From Eledone cirrhosa (taxonomy: Eukaryota), in assembly GCA_964016885.1 (NCBI GenBank), contig OZ024754.1, forward strand, positions 20,894,001-20,958,000: a stretch of 64,000 nucleotides of DNA. Reading direction: 5' to 3'. A model generated the notes under the pieces. It was not told where the DNA came from. It saw nothing but the letters and a program-made list of their open reading frames with translations, and ran no database searches. This document shows positions 60,326 through 64,000 of the stretch, piece after piece. Each line of letters begins with the position of its first letter. The stretch's first letter is position 1. Both the position numbers and the translations under genes were made by a program.

Positions 60326-63300
60326 TTGGTATTAACATAGACTCCCTCCCATATTACCCTTGGTATTATCATAGGGACTCCCTCCCATATTACCCTTGGT
60401 ATTAACATAGACACCCTCCCATATTACCCTTGGTGTTAACATAGGGACTCCCTCCTATATTACCCTTAGTATTAACATAGACTCCCTCCCATATTACCCT
60501 TGGTATTAACATAGACTCCCTGCCATATTACCCTTTGTATTAACATAGACTCCTCCCATATTACCCTTGGTATTAACATAGACTCCCTCCCATATTAGCC
60601 TTGGTATTAACATAGAGACTCCCCACCCCCATATTACCCTTGGTATTAATATAGACTCCCTCCCATATTACCCTTGGTATTAACATAGAGACGCCCTCCC
60701 ATATTACCCTTAGTATTAACATAGAGACGCTCTCCCATATTACCCTTGGTATTAACATAGACTCCCTCCCATGTTACCCTTGGTATTAACATAGACTCCC
60801 TCCCATATTACCCTTGGTATTAACATAGAGACTCCCTCCCATATTAACATTGGTATTAACATAGACTCCCTCCCATATTACCCATGGTATTAACATAGAC
60901 TCCCTCCCATATTCGACTTGGTATTAACATAGACTCCCTCACATGTTACCCTTGGTATTAAAATAGACTCCCTCCCATATTACCCTTGGTATTAACATAG
61001 ACTCTCTCCCATACTAGCCTTGGTATTAACAAAGACTCCCTCCCATATTACCCTTGGTATTAACATTGACTCCCTCACATATTACCCTTGGTATTAACAT
61101 AGACTCCCTCCCATATTAGCCTTGGTATTAACATAGGGACTCCCTCCCATATTAGCCTTGGTATTAACATAGACTCCCTTCCACATTAGCCTTGGTATTT
61201 ACATAGACTCCCTCCCATATTACCCTTGGTATTAACATAGACTCCCTCCCATGTTAGCCTTGGTATTAACATAGACTCCCTGCCATATTAGCCTTGGTAT
61301 TAACATAGACTCCCTCCCATATTAGCCTTGGTATTAACATAGACTCCCTCCCATATTAGCCTTGGTATTAACATAGACTCCCTCCCATATTACCCTTGGT
61401 ATTAACATAGACCCCCTTCCATATTACCCTTGGTATTAACATAGGGACTCCCTCTCATATTACCCTTGGTATTAACATAGGGACTCTCTCCCATATTAGC
61501 CTTCGTATTAAGATAGACTCCCTCCCATATTACCCTTGGTATTAACATAGACTCCCTCCCATATTAGCCTTGGTATTAACATAGGGACTCCCTCCTATAT
61601 TACCCTTAGTATTAACATAGACTCCCTCCTATATTACCCTTAGTATTAACATAGACTCCCTCCCATATTACCCTTGGTATTAACATAGACTCCCTCCCAT
61701 GTTAGCCTTGGTATTAACATAGACTCCCTCCCATATTAGCCTTGGTATTAACATAGACTCCCTCCCATATTAGCCTTGGTATTAACATAGACTCCCTCCC
61801 ATATTAGCCTTAGTATTAACATAGACTCCTTCCCATATTACCCTTGGTATTAACATAGACTCCCTCCCATATTACCCTTGGTATTAACATAGACTCCCTC
61901 CCATATTACCCTTGGTATTAACATAGACTCCCTACCATATTACCCTTGCTATTAACATAGGGACTCCCTCCCATATTACCCTTGGTATTAACATAGGGAC
62001 TCCCTCCCATATTGCCCTTGGTATTAACATAGACTCCCTCCCATATTACCCTTGGTATTATCATAGGGACTCCCTCCCATATTACCCTTGGTATTAACAT
62101 AGACTCCCTCCCATATTACCCTTGGTATTAACATAGACACCCTCCCATATTACCCTTGGTATTATCATATGGACACCCTCCCATATTACCCTTGGTATTA
62201 ACATAGACTCCCTCCCATATTACCCTTGGTATTAACATAGACTCCCTCCCATATTAGCCTTGGTACTAACATAGGGACTCCCTGCCATATTACCCTTGGT
62301 ATTAACATAGGGACTCCCTCCCATATTAGCCTTGGTATTAACATAGGGATCCCTCCCATATTAGCCTTGGTATTAACATAGACTCCCTCCCATATTACCC
62401 TTGGTATTAACATAGGGACTCCCTCCCATATTACCCTTGGTATTAACATAGGGACTCCCTCCCATATTACCCTTGGTATTAACATAGACTCCCTCCCATA
62501 TTACCCTTGGTATTAACATAGACTCCCTCCCATATTAGCCTTATTAACATAGGGACTCCCTCCCATATTACCCTTGGTATCAACATAGACTCCCTCCCAT
62601 ATTAGCCTTCGTGTTAACATAGTGATTCCCTCCCATATTACCCTTGGTATTAACATAGGGACTCCCTCCCATATTAGACTTGGTATTAACATAGACTCCC
62701 GCCCATATTACCCTGGTATTATCATAGGGACTCCCTCCCATATTACCCTTTGGTATTAACATAGACTCCCTCCCATATTACCCTTGGTATTAACATAGAC
62801 TCCCTCCCATATTACCCTTGGTATTAACATAGACACCCTCCCATATTACCCTTGGTATTATCATATGGACACCCTCCCATATTACCCTTGGTATTAACAT
62901 AGACTCCCTCCCATATTACCCTTGGTATTAACATAGACTCCCTCCCATATTAGCCTTGGTACTAACATAGGGACTCCCTGCCATATTAGACTTGGTATTA
63001 ACATAGGGACTCCCTGCCATATTAGACCTGGTATTAACATAGACTCCCTCCCATATTACCCTTGGTATTAACATAGGGACTCCCTCCCATATTACCCTTG
63101 GTATTAACATAGGGACTCCCTCCCATATTGCCCTTGGTATTAACATAGACTCCCTTTCATATTACCCTTGGTAATATCATAGGGACTCCCTCCCATATTA
63201 CCCTTGGTATTAACATAGACACCCTCCCATATTACCCTTTGTATTATCATATGGACACCCTCCCATATTACCCTTGGTATTAACATGCACTCCCTTCTAT

Positions 63301-64000
63301 ATCAGACGTGGTATTAACATAGGGACTCCCTCCCATATTACACTTGGTATTAATATAGAGACTCCCTCCCATATTACCCTTGGAATTAACATAGACTCCC
63401 TCCCATATTAGACTTGGTATTAATATAGAGACTCCCTCCCATGTTACCCTTGGTATTAACATAGACTCCCTCCCATATTAGACTTGGTATTAATATAGAG
63501 ACTCCCTCCCATATTACCCTTGGTATTAACATAGAATACCTCACATATTACCCTTGGTATTAATATAGAGACTCCCTCCCATATTACCCTTGGTATTAAC
63601 ATAGGGACTCCCTACCATATTACCCTTGGTATTAACATATAGACTCCGTCCCGTATTACCCTTGGTATTAACATAGATTCACTCCCATATTACCCTTGGT
63701 ATTAACATAGGGACTCCCTCCCATATTACCCTTGGTATTAACATAGGGACTCCCTCCCATATTACCCTTGGTAATAACATAGACTCCCTCACATATTACC
63801 CTTGGTGTTAACATAGACTCCCTCCCATATTCCCGTTGGTATTAACATAGGGACTCCCTCCCATATTAGCCTTGGTATTAACATAGGGATCCCTCCCATA
63901 TTAGCCTTGGTATTAACATAGACTCCCTCCCATATTACCCTTGGTATTAACATAGGGACTCCCTCCCATATTACCCTTGGTATTAACATAGGGACTCCCT

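Larger units (their letters stand above)
1..64000. repeat. Tandem satellite array, 34/36-bp monomer (consensus CCTTGGTATTAACATAGACTCCCTCCCATATTAS), running off both window ends
   Basis: Every line consists of this monomer head-to-tail in one orientation. Common polymorphisms are TTACCC vs TTAGCC and the GG/GA insertion after CATA (36 bp). Rarer classes include a 31-bp unit (AGCCTTATTAAC, GGT deleted) and 33/35-bp units. No unique sequence was seen. Confidence 0.99.

Noticed and set aside
494-63989. Dozens of 60-95 aa ORFs with MLIPRVIWEGVP / YVNTKGNMGGSP repeats
   Set aside because: These are translation artefacts. On the minus strand 36-bp monomers keep frame and 34-bp monomers shift it, so ORFs walk through two open frames and stop in the third. 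Frame-breaking units dominate and there is no gene context.
1-64000. CRISPR array (repeat length 34-36 bp)
   Set aside because: Units abut directly with no unique spacers, and there is no leader or cas gene.
1-64000. Telomere-like TTACCCT / AGGGTAA motif in each monomer
   Set aside because: It is a single mismatched hexamer per unit with no tandem (TTAGGG)n, which is too little to infer telomeric origin.
1-64000. Internal sub-repeat of the monomer (TATTA twice; CATA..CCCT twice), suggesting a ~17-bp ancestor
   Set aside because: The spacings are inconsistent (22/12 and 14/20 bp) and the matches are too short to support.
1-64000. Binary pattern of C/G and 34/36 alleles as an encoded message, synthetic construct or diversity-generating cassette system
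   Set aside because: The pattern is explained by nested duplications of an ancestral cassette plus point mutation. No recombinase, reverse transcriptase or expression locus is present.
1-64000. Inversions, transposon insertions, or promoter-like TATTAA/TAATAT boxes
   Set aside because: No orientation switch or foreign sequence was seen, and the AT-rich hexamers are simply part of the monomer.

Overview
The whole 64 kb window is one uninterrupted, head-to-tail tandem satellite array in a single orientation. I see no genes, RNA genes, transposon insertions or CRISPR spacers. The consensus monomer is 34 bp, CCTTGGTATTAACATAGACTCCCTCCCATATTA(C/G), about 41% GC, CpG-free and strongly C-rich on the + strand. 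A frequent 36-bp class carries an extra GG or GA (CATAGGGACTC or CATAGAGAC). At about 34.5 bp per unit the window holds roughly 1,850 monomers. All listed ORFs are artefacts of translating the repeat. The information lies in the order of variant monomers. An old multi-monomer higher-order repeat of about 1.5-2.7 kb recurs in a fixed order in two subtypes that replace each other from left to right. On top of it are many recent, in-register segmental duplications (offsets 2744, 4931, 2220, 1675, 1671, 2009, 488, 2674-3260, 414, 1046 and 1978 bp). I do not recognise the satellite family or the organism; the architecture is typical of eukaryotic heterochromatic (pericentromeric or subtelomeric) satellite DNA. 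Duplication offsets come from shared diagnostic variants and the ORF track, not from a full alignment, so boundaries are approximate.
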